Assembly (NCBI RefSeq): GCF_004010195.1
Contig: NC_057717.1
Span: 73,726,399-73,790,398, forward strand
From: Chiloscyllium plagiosum
Lineage: Eukaryota
DNA: 64,000 nt
Direction: 5' to 3'
In this document: one piece after another, positions 1-14,299 of the stretch
Numbering within the stretch: position 1 is the first letter of the stretch
Layout of the letters: each line of letters starts with the position of its first letter
The notes under the pieces: generated by a model
Told to the model about the DNA's origin: nothing
The model's database searches: none
Seen by the model: only the letters and a program-made list of their open reading frames with translations
Translations under genes and position numbers: made by a program

Positions 1-1368
1 GAGCAGGTGTGCATGCTGGAATGATTAGAGATAGAGGAGGCTGATGTGCTGAAAATTTTGTCGATCATTAAGATTGACAAGTCGCCAGGCCCGGACCAGA
101 TTTGTCCTCGTGTGCTTTGGGAAACGAGAAATGCAATTGCTTCGCCACTTGCGAAGATCTTTGCATCCTCGCTCTCCAGTGGAGTCATACCTGAGGACTG
201 GAGAGAGGCAAATATAATTCCTCTCTTCAAGAAAGGAAAGAGGGAAATCTCCGGCAATTACAGACCAGCAAGTCTCACGTCTGTCGTCTGCAATTTGTTA
301 GAAAGGATTCTGAGGGATAGGATTTATGACCAAATGGAAGACCATGGCTTGATTAAATGCAGTCAACACGGCTTTGTGAGGGGCAGGTCATGCCTCACAA
401 AACTGATCGAGTTATTTGAGGATGTGACTAGAAAGGTTGATGAGGGTCGAGCTGTAGATGTGGTGTACATGGACTTCAGCAAGGCATTTGATAAAGTTCC
501 CCATGGTAGGCTCATTCAGAAGGTCAGGAGAAATGGGATACAGGGACATTGACAGGATGCAGAGATGGGCTGAGAGGTGGCAGATGGAGTTCAACCTGGA
601 TAAATGCGAGGTGATGCATTTTGGAAGGTCGAATTTGAAAGCTGAGTACAGGATTAAGGATAGGATTCTTGGCAGTGTGGAGGAACAGAGGGATCTTGGT
701 GTGCAGGTACATAGATCCCTTAAAATGGCCACCCAAGTGGACAGGGTTGTTAAGAAAGCATATGGTGTTTTGGCTTTCACTAACAGGGGGATTGAGTTTA
801 AGAGTCGTGAGTTCTTGTTGCAGCTCTATTAAACTTTGGTTAGACCGCACTTGGAATACTGCATCCAGTTCTGGTCGCCCTATTATAGGAAAGATGTGGA
901 TGCTTTGGAGAGGGTGCAGAGGAGGTTTACCAGGATGCTGCCTGGACTGGAGGGCTTATGTTAGGAATAGAGTTTGACTGAGCTCGGACTTTTTCATTGG
1001 AGATAAAGGAGGAGGAGAGGGGACCTAATTGAGGTATACAAGATAATGAGAGGCATAGACAGAGTCGATAGCCAGAGACCATTTCCCAGGGCAGAAATGA
1101 CTAACATGAGGGGTCATAGTTTTAAGCTGGTTGGAGGAAAGTATAGAGGGGATGTCAGAGGCGGATTCTTTACACAGAGAGTTGTGAGAGCATGTAGTGC
1201 GTTGCCAGCACCAGTTGTGGAAGCAAGGTCACTGGGGACATTTAAGAGACTACTGGACATGCATATGGTCACAGAAATTTGAGGGTGCATACATGAGGAT
1301 CAGTGGTCGGCACAACATCGTGGGCTCAAGGGCCTTTTCTGTGCTGCACTGTTCTATTTTCTATGTTC
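1..1368 (+). mobile_element. CR1-type LINE, 3' part of ORF2 (RT) and 3' tail, decayed, with an internal deletion
   Basis: ORFs 46-552, 458-832 and 1046-1282 carry CR1 RT motifs (KSPGPDQI.P, GNYRP.SLTS, SQHGF..GRSCLT, YMDFSKAFDKVPH, KCEVMHFG, RGHSFKL). TTCTAT-type tail at ~1351-1368. Confidence 0.93.
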
Positions 1369-4300
1369 AATGTAAGACAAGAAGGAGGGACCAAACAGAC
1401 CAGCCAGCAACACAGCATGTCAGCCAGTAGCTGGTTTATGACCAGCACTTGACTCCTGCAAGAGAACACTCAGAGCACTTCGCCAGCCAGGTTTCCTCAG
1501 TTGGGCTAAGGAAGACCCTCAGATAGAGGAGATGGGTGGTAATCCAGCTGAATCGTCGTAACTCCTCTGACATAGAATCCACCCAACACGAACTGACCAG
1601 TAGTCTGGAATACCTTGCTCAGTTGATCCTGGCGGAACACACTGCTGACTACATCATCTGGCACTCGCACATCCTCAGTAGGTCAGCCGGATCAGTGAAA
1701 GTGAGTAGCAGATCACGCCATGAGCCAAGATGACCAGTCAGTGTCTGTGCGACGCAGAACCAGCCCTGACAACCTCCTCCTCAGAGGGACTTAAAAAGGT
1801 TCCATGCTTATGGAATGCAGTTAGCCGAGTAGGGGGCAGCCTTGACTCCTTTAGTACTCCCCTTCCCAAATGAAGGGGCATTGTTGAGAACTCAATAAAT
1901 TTAACCAGCACTCTGCGGTGATGTGCAAAAGTCAGATCCGGTCAACGGACTGCATCACAACCAGAATCCCGAGCACATACTCGTGATCAACCCTACCAAA
2001 CGTCTTCTCCTGATCAAGAGAAAGGATGGCATTCAGCAGACCAGCCGTCATCAGAAATGGTTTAAGTCACGAACCAGATAGACATTGTCATCTATCCTCC
2101 TGCCCGGGAGCGTGTAGGACTGCTCTGTGTGAATCATGTGGTCCAGCATGGAAGCAAAGTGAGAAGCCAACATCCTGGCAAAAATGTTATAGTCCGTACT
2201 GAAGAGGGAGAAAGGACGCCAGTTCTTTAGAGAACGAAGGTCCCCGTTCATTGGCAACAGGGAGACGAATGGCCTGCGCCAGGAAAGGGGCAGCTCTCTT
2301 GCACTAAGACATTCCCAAGGACCTGTACGTGGTCACTCCACAAGACGGCCAAGAAAGCCCCAAAGGACTCCACAGTGAGTCCCCCGTGCCCCGGGGACTT
2401 GCTCATCGAGAGTCGGTCGAGAGCACCGCTCAGCTCCTCTGAAGTTACGGGAATGTCGAGCCTAATGGCGTACTCTGAGCTGAGCTGTGGCAGGTGCTAC
2501 CAAAGAGCTCTGTGAGCACCCTCACTGGATAGATAAGGAGAGAACAGAGCCGTACAATAGGAGTGAATTTGGGCACTAATACTCTCTGGATTCGAGACAA
2601 GGGACCCGTCGTAGGCCAGCAGCACAGGTTGGCCTTACTTCAAGAGAGTCAAAGAAGGGAAGCTGCGGTCCTGGTCCTGGAGGAGCCAGGTCCACGATCT
2701 CACGTACACACCACGAGACCTATTGAGCTGCAAGTCTTGAATCGTGGCCTTTGTTTCTTCGTACATCCCCCACAGGGCTGAGTCCACATCGGGCTGCCCA
2801 AGACATGACTCCAGATCAAACACCTCCTTTGCCAATTCCTCAATCCTGGATTTCCGCCACTTTGTCGACTCCTTCACGTACTCCTGACAGAAAATGCGGA
2901 CTTAAACCTTACACACGTCCCACCATAGCCTCAGGGAGGGAAAGCCTCCGGCTTTCTTCCCAGCCAGCCCAGAGCCAACAAAACGAGTCCTGCAATCACT
3001 TGTTCTTTAACAGGTTGCTAAGGTGCCATTATGTAGACCCGATCTAGCCGCAGAACAGAATGAGTTCCATCCACAACAAGTGATGGTCAGGGCACGACAC
3101 TTGCCACTTAGAAACTGCAAAACAAAACAGCAGTTGTATGCCTAAAGAACACACAAACATTTGATTCTAGATGCTCTGACTCCAGGCCTCACAAAAGTGA
3201 AGACGATGGAGCCAGAATGGAGATTCCGTGAATTGTCTACCAGGCCAAAAGACTTACACAAGACCCCCAATCTCCTCTCTGACGCGAAACCAGACCAGGA
3301 ATCGTGTGGTCCCTGTCCTCGAGGATGCAGTTAAAATCTTCCCTGAGAACAACACATTGGGCTTTGTCGATAGAAGCAGGATGAGTGGATTCTTCTCCAT
3401 AGAAATGTATTTGCCTCAGTCAGACTACGGGAATGCAAATATAAACAAACTGAAGCACCGCGCCCTCACCAACCGAAACATCAGGTGACACAAACAGCTT
3501 GGCACAGGCTCCCTGACCCTCAAGATCTCCAGCTGAAAATGCAGGGCTAACAAGAAAGCTACTCCGCCAGATCTGCTGGGGTAGTGTGGGTTTCTTGCAG
3601 AAAGAACGTTGCATACTTCCCATCGTGAAAGACCAACTAGGTCTGGACTCTGTGCTGTGACTCCCTGTTGCCGTTAATGTTGAGGCTGGTTGTGGCAGTC
3701 TTCAGTAAAGTGCAATAACCAACAATACAATTAAAAACATATGAATTTATTGGGAGGTCGAGTGAGGGGCGCAAAAATCCCTCGCCCTCACCAGGAGTGC
3801 ACTGAGAAGTTTTCTGATATGTTTTCGCTTGTTTGCATCAATCCAGTTGTTTGGCGAGCAGCCTGGGCCATACAATACAGTAGCTGAAAAGAGCTCCAGC
3901 GGTTGAGCACCAGCTGGGCTCCATCTCATTGACTGCAAAATCCTTGACAAATTCCCAAAGTTCCCAGAGGCTGATCAGGGATCTCGATGGGTACATCCAG
4001 TGTCAAAAACTTCACCGGAGACAGAGTCCATGTCGATCCAATGCCCACCATCGATCTTTGACACTCCCCTATACAGTCATCCACTGTCACCGACCCTTTC
4101 CCCAATGTGAGACTGTGCGCTGGTCCAGCACCACCATCTGGCCTCAAATCCCCATCAACCTCACCTGCAGGGTCAAATAGGTGCCCCAAGGTCGGTTCAT
4201 CGAGCGGCAGGGTCTCGAGTCCACTCTTCTCTCCCAAAACCGGGACATCCGACTCCTCAGGGAAGAGGTCCCCCCAGGGACAAGGCATCCAGAAAAACAG

Positions 4301-6425
4301 TCTGGGAGGGAGGAATGAAGACAACACCTTCCTCCGCTCCACCTCGTGATGACTCACTGGTGCTGAAAATGTTGCAGACAGCACCGTAGCCTACATGGAG
4401 GTCTGGCTGTGCCACTGGAGTTTGTGGAGTGGTGGCTGCAGGGATGCCCACTAAATCCGCCAGGGGCTCTGAGTAATTCAGGCCTCATTGCGAAAAAGGC
4501 AGGAGGTGCCGCCGGCTCACCCACTGGGGGAGGGCAGTGCTGTCAGCATGCCATGTGGAATCCCTCCCACTCCAGGGGGCAGTGTCTCTTCCTCAAGAAA
4601 ACGGTAACCTTTGTGGCATGTCCCCTTTCTCCGTCCTACTTGGTAGTCATGGGACACGATGCTCCTCCCCACAGCTTCCCCGAAAAACGAATGGCTGGGG
4701 AAGACATTGGGTGTGATGAGATGGGGAAAGTAAGACATGCAACCCCTTGTCCCAACCTGTGGCACCAGGTGGCGTTGAGGGGGACAAGTGTACAACTTCG
4801 TGACCAGGATCCAGAGGCATAGCTATTGCAGGATGGAGGGCAACAGCAGAGTCCTCAAGATCATGAGCTGTGAGCCTGGAGGATTAGGAAAGGGTTCAGG
4901 CACAGGGATGTCGGGATTGAGTGGCACAGGACGACGTTCAGGCATGAGTTCCCACAGGTCGCTGGATGGTATCAGTGGCAACGGATATCCTCGGGGTCGC
5001 CACAATGTAATGGGGTTAGGGCACATAATCGAGGGGCTGGGATTTAGGATTCCCACGCCAGGAAAATACTGGCGCTTTCACAGAGGTATTTTCGCGCTCG
5101 GGTGGGAGAGGGTCTGATCCCGAGGGGCGCATGCAGTTCCATCCACGGGCCAGGCTTGATATGGCATGGCTTTCTCTGCGCCTTCTCTCCAGCTGTTTGC
5201 TGACCCACCTCCCAGCCAGAGGCATTGACTCCACTAATGTGGCATTTGGTGTTGCATTAGGGTAAGGGAAGGAAGCGTGGGTGCTTTAGCAGCACCTGTG
5301 ACTGCCAGTGTAAGCTGGGTTGGCTTCTGGGTGGGACGTTCCTTCTTAGATGCCCCACCGCATGGCACACCATCACTATCCAGAAGACACGATAAGCTCC
5401 ACACTCATGGAGTAGGGTAAAGCAGCCCTCAGTGACTTGATCCAATGACTGGCAAATGAACACCTGGCGCCAAAAGGATTAGACATGTTTTAGGACATGG
5501 TCCTTACGATTAAGCAGGAACAGTTAGACACCTGACAGATCAAAACCCCAACGTTGGAAATGGAGGAGAAGGAGCTTACTGGGAATAAAGGGGGCTGTCA
5601 GTAGAGATCTTGACCCTCCTGACCGTGACCTGCAATACATCCACAGGAAGAAATGTCCTGCTCACAGTGAGCCTCTTCTGCACGGCAGAGTATACCACCT
5701 GCTCTGTCCTCAGGAAGAATGTGGACTTTGCATTCATGCGGGCTGTGGCTTCATGCCCAGTTGGCCGACCAAATTAGCCATGGCGTTACTGTAGGCCTCA
5801 ATGGTCATGCTTGGTTAGGGAAAAATCTTCACCCCATGCATTTCATTAGGTGCCTAAAGGGTGTTGGGGTTGCAGTCGGGGCTGGAGCAGCCAAAGCTAA
5901 GGCAATGGCTACCTTGGCATATGTGCTGCTACCGCCTACTGCCTTTGGTTTTGCCATCACGTGTTGCTCGTAGGTCATAGATGGTTCCCCTTTTCGTAGC
6001 CCTTACGCAATGTCAATTTTCACTGGCTGGTACACCCAGGCAGCAGTAGTGTCAGTCTCATATGTTAGTGGGCTCCAGGCTATGGCAGTCGAGTTAATCA
6101 GGGCAGCAGAAACGGACTTTGAGTCTGGTCGGTGTCCAGGCACCAGTTGTGGAGACAGGCCTAGGCAGCAGTCACAGTCCTTGAGTCTGGGCGTCCCAGG
6201 CAGCAGCAGTGAAGGCAAACCCAGGAAATGGTGTGGCCCAGCGAAGGCAGGACCAGGCAGCAGCAGTGGAGACAGGCCCAGGCAGCAACAGCAACAACAG
6301 GAACAGAAGAGTCCAAAACCCAACAAAAATACAGCAGTCTTCACCTTCACAGAAGGAGCACACACACTGGATGTGGCCAGCTAGTTGGGATTCAGTCACC
6401 TGAACTAAGGAGATTGTAAGTTCCC
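1369..6425 (-). mobile_element. Tx1-clade (L1-like) non-LTR retrotransposon, copy B, decayed (ORF1, APE endonuclease and RT remnants)
   Basis: Minus-strand peptides GDLRSLKNWRPFSLFSTDYNIFARMLA (2051-2257), RIEELAKEVFDLES (2635-2877) and an endonuclease start T.SLNING at ~3700. Colinear with copy A. Cut off at ~1369 by the CR1 tail. Confidence 0.85.
6020..6310. repeat. Degenerate CCAGGCAGCAG(T)-type repeats in the Tx1 5' region (also at 13600-14030)
   Basis: Repeated caggcagcagcagtggagacaggccc units at the same relative position in both Tx1 copies. Confidence 0.7.
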
Positions 6426-6429
6426 TATT

Positions 6430-7380
6430 TATTTATTTTTTATTTTGTTGTGTATGTGCGAAAAATAGTGAAAGAAAACAGGAGTATATTAATTTTCCAC
6501 CATCAGGGATGAAAGGAAACACCAGCATGACCAGTGACAAGCAATGTGCTTCTCATGAAAAAGGAATCAAAAAAGTGAAGGGATGGCAGGGATGAAACCA
6601 AAATAGAGTTGGAGGAAGGAATAGAGCACTCCAATCACTCCGGTGCCCACCTCTCCCTGAAGTCCGCGAGGGTGTTGGTAGACGCCACGTGCTTCTTCTC
6701 CAGGGACGTCCAGGCATGGACGTAACCACAGAAGCGGGGCAGGCAACTGGTCATAACGCACCCATCGACGGCCCACTGCATGGACCTGTTCGTGGCCATT
6801 TGGGACAGGAATTCCCTGCATTCATTTTATATTTTACTTTTTACATTTTTTCTCTTTTATTTGTTTTGTTTTCCTTTCTTCTTTTTTTCTTTTTTTTCTT
6901 TTTCTCTACACTACCACCTAACAGCGGCAGTGGTTATATTTTCCCCAGCACCCATATTGTGTGTGTGCAGGTGTAGGACACTGAGAAGAACAACAGGTGT
7001 ATAATCTTGTATTCATTTTCCACCACCACGAAGAAAGGAAACACCAGAGTGGCCAGTAATAAACAACAATGCCCTTCCAATCAAAGGGCAATGCGATGTG
7101 ATGAAAAAGGTGAAGGGGCAGGGCATTGTTTATCATTGTCCACTCTGATGTTTCCTTTCTTTGTGGTGGTGGATTAAGTCAAAATGAAGTTGGTCGGGAA
7201 AATATAGCACTCCACTCCCTACGGTGTGCACCTCTCCCTAAAATGTTCAAGGCTCTTGGTAGACACCGCATGCTACTTCTCTAGAGACACCTGGGCTCGG
7301 ACATAGCCATGAAAGAAGGGCAGGCAATCAATCATAATGACCCCCTTCGTGGCCTGCTGCATGCACCTAAATTCCCCTCT
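6430..7380 (-). repeat. Two extra copies of the Tx1 3' end (ORF2 C-terminus, 3' UTR, A-rich tail) directly upstream of copy B
   Basis: Same unit as 14300-18980 (ttccaccac..gaaaggaaacacc..gtggccagtgacaagc..aaatagagttggagg), separated by T-rich tracts. Confidence 0.85.
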
Positions 7381-7449
7381 ATATTTTTATTACAGAGTCA
7401 GTCCATTTCGTGGTATTGTTATGCTTTTTTTTCCAAATCGCCTGGTGAT

Positions 7450-10400
7450 TTTTTTTCTTTTTCTTCTTTTGTTTTCTTTGTTATTCTTAACCCCACATTA
7501 CCGACTAACTGCAGTAGTGCTTATTTTTCCCAGCACACATGTTGTGTGTGTGTGTGTGTGTGCAGGGGTAGGACACAGTGAAGAACAACAAGTGTGCAAA
7601 TCGTTATTTGTATTCCACCACCATGAAGAAAGAAAACACCTGAGTGGCCAATGACAAGCAATACCCTTCTCATCAAAAGGCAATGCTGCGTGATTAAAAA
7701 CAAAGGTGAAGGGGAGGGCCGAGATTAATTCTAAATAGAGTTGGAGGGGAAAATAAAACACTCCAATCCCTGCGGTACCCACATCTCCTGAACAGCTCCT
7801 GGGGGTTCATTGACACCACATGCTCCTTCTCCAGGGCACCTGGGCTCTGACATAACTGCAGATGAGAGTCAAGCAATTGGCCATAACGACCCCTTCCTCG
7901 GCCCGCTGTCTGCACCTGTTTATGGACAGTTTGGCCAGACCCAGGATCAGATCCACTCGGAGATTCTGTGACTCACCCTCTGCACCAGGTGCTCAAAGAT
8001 CAGGAGCGTGGGTCTAAAGTGCAGTCACCAACAGAGGAGAAGGTTCTCCAGAAAACTGAAAAGGGAATCAAAATGCCTGCACCCCATATATATGTGTTGC
8101 ATGGTCTCCACAGAACGACAGAGCAAGCCGTTGGGTTGAGAGCCCATGACCCACTGCAATCTGTGGTTGCAGGGGACTGCTGCGTGTACCATTCTCCACC
8201 CAGATCACCAAGAGAAAGGGGGGAGGACTCCGACATAGAGAGACGTCCACTGGGGATCCTCACTGCCTGGTGGCAAATGGGCATGCCGTGTTGTGGATGA
8301 GAGAAAAGAGGTGGATGTTGTACAGCAGCATCTGTATAATTCCCACCGTGATATGTCCCTGAAGGAGACAAAACTAAAGTTCCAGAGTCAGCTCAGGTTG
8401 TGTGGGGCACAGGCTCCCGCGGGATGTGATATTGCATCCAGGCAGAGGTAAACGCGGACGGGATTCCACTGCACACCTGAACATCCTCCAACTGGTGCAT
8501 TATGTCGGGTTTGGGCACCACCATTCTACAGCGTCGAATAGCAGTGGACACGAATGGCAGTGGACATCTACTGCTGCCCTGCTTGCTATATCCTGTGACA
8601 ACATCCAGCCCAGACACCCGCCACCCAGCATGTCCCCGACCCTGGTCAGCCTCGCCGCCATGGCTCTGCCCTCCTACAAACCAATCGTACCCACAAGTAC
8701 GGAGGTGAACATTCCTGAGCAATGGCTCCCTGTCGACAGCCACTAATCCTGCCGGAAGGTAGGTCCGACGCGATTCGACCATGTTTCAGACAGTGATCAG
8801 GTCGAGGTAAAAGACACACAAAATTCTGAGAGCAAACTCCAAGCCATCACAGTCAGTGAACAGAAGCTGCATGTCTTAGTTGAGGTTACACACCTGGTGG
8901 AAAAATATTCATTACCAGGGTGCACGACCGACGAGGAGACCCAACATAAAGATATCACTGCAAGGCCTGAAGTGAAAAGTCACCACCTGGGTGCAAATGC
9001 ACACCAGCGACTGACCGGCCTCCTCAGAAGGGAGACTCAGAGCCTGTGGGGGTGACCCAGTGCGTCTTTTTGTCAAAGTCGAAGTGAACCAACATTCATT
9101 AGATGTCAGCGACAAAACCAAGATCAGGGCCCAAAGGGGCGAGCTGCTACCACAGTATGGTGGCCACCAGCTGGTTTATGACAAGCACTCGAGTTCTGTA
9201 AGACAGGACTTGGAGCAGTCCTGTCCAGCGGCCTAGGTAAACCGAGACATCAGTCTCCAGCCACGCTGAGGTAGACACCAAGGTAGAGAAGATCAGTGCT
9301 ACTCCAGCTTAAACTCCGTAACATCTCTGGCAAAAATTTCATCCACCACGGACCGACCAGAGGTCTGGAACCTTTGGCCCGGATGATCCTGGCGGAAGAT
9401 GCCGCCGAGTTCGCCGCCTGGCACTCATGAATCCTCCCGAGGTCAGCCGGGTCAGTGAAAGTGAGGAGCACGTCAGCAGCATAAGCCGAGAGGACCACCC
9501 TTGTGCCTGCGCTGTGCAGAACCAGCCCGGACATCCTCCTCCACAAAAGGAACATGAAAGGCTCCACGCACAGAGAACACAGTTGGGCAGACAGTGGGCA
9601 GCCTCTTCTCCCAAAGTGAAGGAGCGCTCTCAGGGTCCCGTTAACTTTAACTAGATACTCTGCAATGGTGTACAAAAGTCCAAGCTGGACGGCGAAGTGC
9701 GTCCTGAGCCCGAATGCCCGCAGAGTCCCAAGCAGGGAGTCGTGATCGACCCTGTCGAATGCATTCTCCTGGACGAGAGGCAGTAAGGCACTCGGCAGAG
9801 CAGCCGGTCAACAGAAATGAATCAGGTTTCGAATGAGATGGACATTGTCGTGTATCCATCGGCTCGGGACCGTGTAGGACGGGTCTGGGTAAATCATGTG
9901 GGACAGCACGGAAACCAGATGAGAAACCAACACGATGGTGAACATTTTGTAATCCGTGCTAAGAAGGGAGACTAGACGCCAGTTCGTTAAGGAACGAATA
10001 TTCCCCTTCTTCAGCAACAACACGATGACTGTCCTGCACCAAGGAAGGTACAGCTCTCCGGCAGTTAGACATTCCCCAGGAACTGTGCGTAGTCGCTCCC
10101 CAGGACGTCCCAGAATGCCCTGAAGAACTCTACAGTCAGCCCATCCGGTCTATCTAACCCTGAGAGCAGGTCGAAGGTGTCAGTCAACTCCTTTAAGGTA
10201 ACGGGGTTGTTGAGCCTTCCTGCATCCTCCAGGCTGAGCTGCAGCATGTCCTCCTACAGAACTCTGTGAGCATCCTTGCTCTACGGATCTGGAGAGAACT
10301 GACCCATGTAAGAGGAGTGGATTTGGAGCCTGACACACTTCGGATCCGAGTTGAGGGACTCGTTATCGGCAAGCAGCACAAAGAGATACTGACGGGTGGC

Positions 10401-13400
10401 ACACATTTTTTTACCAGAGGGTAGAAAGTGGAGCCGCAGTCGTGGTCCTGGAGTAACTGGATCCGTGACGTCACGTAAGCCCCCCGGGACCCAACGAGCT
10501 GCAGGTCTCAGAGCGCAACTTTCTTCATTAAGTGCAACACCCGCAGGGCCGGGTCCACATCGGGCTGACTGAGATATAACTCCAAATCGAACACCTCCTT
10601 CTCCAACTCCGCGTTCCTGGATTTCCACCTCTTTGTCGACCCCTCTCGTACTCCTGACAGAGAACACGAATGTCAGCCTAGACCAAGTCCCACCATAGTC
10701 ACAGGGAGGGTAACCTTCCATTCTTCCTTCTCCAGCCGGGCTAGAGCCAATGAAACAAGTCCCAGGACCATTCATCCTCCGTCAGAAGGTTGTTAAAGTG
10801 CCAGTTCGTAGACCCGAGCCAGGTGCAGAATGGAAGGAGTTCCACCCACACCAGGTGATTGTCCGTGCATGGCACGTGCTGCAGGGAGGCCACCAGAATG
10901 CAGGATGTGTATGCTCGTAAAACATACAAGCGGTTGAATCTGGATGCTCCAACTCCAGGTCTCACGTAGGTGAAGGCGATGGAGTCAGGATGGAGATTCC
11001 GCCGGACGCCCACCAGGTCGAAGGACTTGACCAAATCACCCACACTCCTCCCTGACACCAAACCAGACCAGGCAGCGCCGTGCTCCCTGTCCTCCAGGAT
11101 GCATTTAAAATATCCCCCGAGGACAACGCATTGGCCTTGGTCGATGGAGGCAAGATGAACGGACACTTCTCTGTAGAAACGTGTCTGCCTTGGTCCAACT
11201 ACCCGAGTGTAGACGCTCATAAAGTGAAGCACCGTGGTCCCCAGCTGAACCGTCATGTGAAACAAAGAGCCTGGCACAGGGTCGCTGAACCCCAAGATCT
11301 CCAGCTGAAAATGCACGGCCAACAAGGCAGCCACTCCACCAAATCTGTTGGTGAGATGACTCGTGTAGAAGCCACCCCACCCTTGCCATTCCAGGAGACA
11401 AGTTAATTCGTCTCGCAGGCTGGTGTGGGTTTCTTGCAGGAAGAACACTGTATACTTGCTGTCTGGAAGGGCCCAGAAGGTCCGTAATCTGCGTTGTGAC
11501 TCCCTGCTGCCGTTGATGTTGAGGCTGGCTATGGCTGTCTTCATGTCAGCAGTCTTGTGCAGCCTCCACAAGTACAATTAAAACTGCATACATTTACTGG
11601 GAGGATAAAGGAGGGACACAAAACTCCCTCGCCCTCACCAGTACGGCACCCAGGAGGTTCCTGAGCGCTTTCACGCAGTTGAATGCAACCCAGGTGTTTG
11701 GAGAGCAGCCTGAGCCGACCAGTGCACTTTTTATAGGAGCTCCATGGGTCGGGTGCCAGTTGGGCTCTATCTCGGCGATTGCGAGGTTCCTCAGCAATTC
11801 CCGGGGTTCCAGTAGTGGGATGAGGGCGAGCACCATGGATGGGGCACCTGGAACTTAAACAGCCCGCTGGAGACAGATTCTGCATCATCCCCAGTGTCCA
11901 CCACCAAACCTGAACCCTCCTCCGCATAGTTGCCAACAGTCGTTGGCCCCTCCCCCACCGAGAGAATGGGGGCTGGTCTGGCACTGCCAACTGTCTTCAA
12001 ACCCCCTGCGACCCTACCCTAGGGTCATCAGTGGAAACTTCCTCAATGCACCCCTTCTTAGAGTGTTTTGAGTCGGGTCATCGAGCGGTGCAGGCCTGGA
12101 ACCCTGCTCCTCTCCCGACATTAGGATGCCTGGCTCCTCGGGAAAACGGGCCCCGCCAGGGCCAAGGCATCGGACAATACAGTCTGGAAGGAAAGAGTGA
12201 GGGTCAGACCTTCCTCCCCTCTGCCCCTTGTTGACCCAGCGGTATTTAAAATACTATGACCCGTGTCGTGACCCAAGTTGATTTCTGGATCATCCCCAGG
12301 TGCTCGTAGAATGGCAGCAGCAGAAGGGCCTGTTACAGACCATGGAAGTTCAGGCAGTTTGGACTGCGCGGGACAGTCTGTGCACTCAACTCTGGAGAGA
12401 GATAGCACCACCAACGTGACACTGGAAGTGCATCCCGTCCAGGGGTTGGGGCCTCTTCCCCAGGGAGACAGGGGGGTACTTTATGGGCCATCCCGTCCCT
12501 GGCCACCTTGGTGGTCTTGGGACCCGAGGCTCCGCCTCCAGGGTCTCCAGGAACACTATTGGCAGGAGGAAAGCAAGAGGAGCCTGTTGTGTCAATTCCT
12601 GTCCTGCACTGGCAATGTCACGGTGGTGGGGGCAGGGCAGAGGACCCACTTCCTGCCCAGGATCCAGAGAGTCAGCAACAGCAGCAGCTGAGTCCCCAAG
12701 GTCCGAGCCAGTTTCCAGCTGAATGGAGCAGAGCTCAGTAACCTCAGAGCCAGGTGTTATGGGGTGTTTTAACATGTACAGGCTCCACAGGAGTTCTCAC
12801 CATGGGACATGTGTCAGTCACGGGGTCGGGGGCATAATTATCCCGGAATTGATACCACGAGGTGAGATTCAGGGACTGAGTTAAGGGGTACGGATATTCC
12901 GGTGAGGGGAGGATGAACGTGGCAAGGTACAGGCACAGGAGCGGGAGTGTAGGGGTCATGTTTCCCGCACTGCCGTGATGCTGTTGCAGCCATAGAGGCA
13001 CCTTCGCGATGTGCTGGGCAGCCTCCTAGGTAGGGCAATTCTTTCTGATGTATCCGATCTCGTGGCACAAGTCGCACTGCAGGCTGTCCATATCCTTGAA
13101 GGCGCAGTAGGCCTCACCCCCGTGGATGAGGGCAAATGAGCAATCGTGACCTCCACCCAGGCCAGTCAAATGAATACCTAGCGTCAGAAGGAGGATATGT
13201 GTCAGTGGGTGGGGTCCTTCAGACCGAGCAAGAACGGTTGGACACTTGACCGGATTTCGTCCATTGTTTGAAGATGGGGGAGAAGAAGCTCACTGGCAAT
13301 AAAGTGTGGGACGTTGGAGATCATGACCGTCTGTGCCATGACCTCCAAAGGGTCGATAGGTAGGTATGTCCCACCCACAGTGAGCCCCTTCTCCACGGCT

Positions 13401-14290
13401 AGGTGGACTGCCTGCTCAGTCTTCAGGAAAAATAATGCCTTTCTGTACATTGAGGCTGCAGCGATAATGACTAGCAGACCGACCACACTAACATGGCCTT
13501 ACTGTAAGCCTCGGTGGTCATGTTCGGATGCGGGTAGCCTTGACCCCAGGCATTTAGTCAGGTGCCTGGGGCAGCAGTGGTTTTTTGTCCGGCGCGGGAT
13601 CAGGCAAGTCCCAGGCAGCAGTGTTGGAGGCAGCACCCAGGCAACAGTGGTGTTCTTAACTCCTTGGGAGGGAATCAACGCAAGTTCCAGGCAGTAGCGT
13701 GAAACGTACACCCTACACTGCAGTGGCAAAGACAGGCCTCAGGCAGCAGCGGTGGTCTTAGGACATGGGGTGGTTGGACAAGGCAAGTCCCAAACAGCAG
13801 TGACGCAGGCAGGCCCTAGGCAGCAGCAATGGAGGCAGGCCCCAGGCATGGTTGGGGCCAGGTAACAGCAACAGGCCCAGGCAGGACCAGCAAAAGGCCC
13901 AGGTGTAGGTGGGGACCAGGCACCAGCAGTGCAGGCAGGACCCAGGTGGCAGCAGTTGTGCTGAAGTGTAGACAAGTCCCAGGCTGCAGCAATCGGAGTA
14001 GGCCCGGGCTTCAGCAGCAGCAGTGTTAGCGGTAATCGCTTGTTAAGCTGAGTGCAGTTCCACAATGGAAAAAAAACAAACACAACAAAAAACAAAAAAT
14101 AAAACAAAAGAGCAAATGTGTTCGCTAAATAAGGGGAAAGAAAAATAAAACGCTCCTCCTTAGAAACAAGCAGAAACCAAAAGCAGCGGTAACACCGACT
14201 GTGGACAAGCCAGCACATAATCAGTCCCCTAAACTGAACTGATTCTTGATATCCTGGTTATTTTTTAAGACTTTAAATCTCCTGGTTATA
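7450..14290 (-). mobile_element. Tx1-clade non-LTR retrotransposon, copy A, near full length, decayed
   Basis: ORF1 remnants at 13500-11594 (ALFFLKTEQAVHLAVEKGL...ISNVPHFI). ORF2 ATG at 11544: MKTAIASLNINGSRE, FLQETH, SRFNRLY, PCTDNHLV, WHFNN (APE). RT: NWRLVSLLSTDYK, GCPLSAQL, SAYAADV. C-terminus runs into the 3' UTR at ~7730-7450. Confidence 0.9.
10741..11544 (-). pseudogene. Tx1 ORF2 apurinic-like endonuclease domain (pseudogenic)
   Basis: SLNING, LQETH, GGYFKC (normally GDFN) and TDNH (normally SDH) motifs; premature stop at 10741. Confidence 0.85.
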
Positions 14291-14299
14291 TATTTTTTC

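Noticed and set aside
6003-6419. Poly-Q / poly-C ORFs on both strands
   Set aside because: Products of CAG-rich repeats in the Tx1 5' region.
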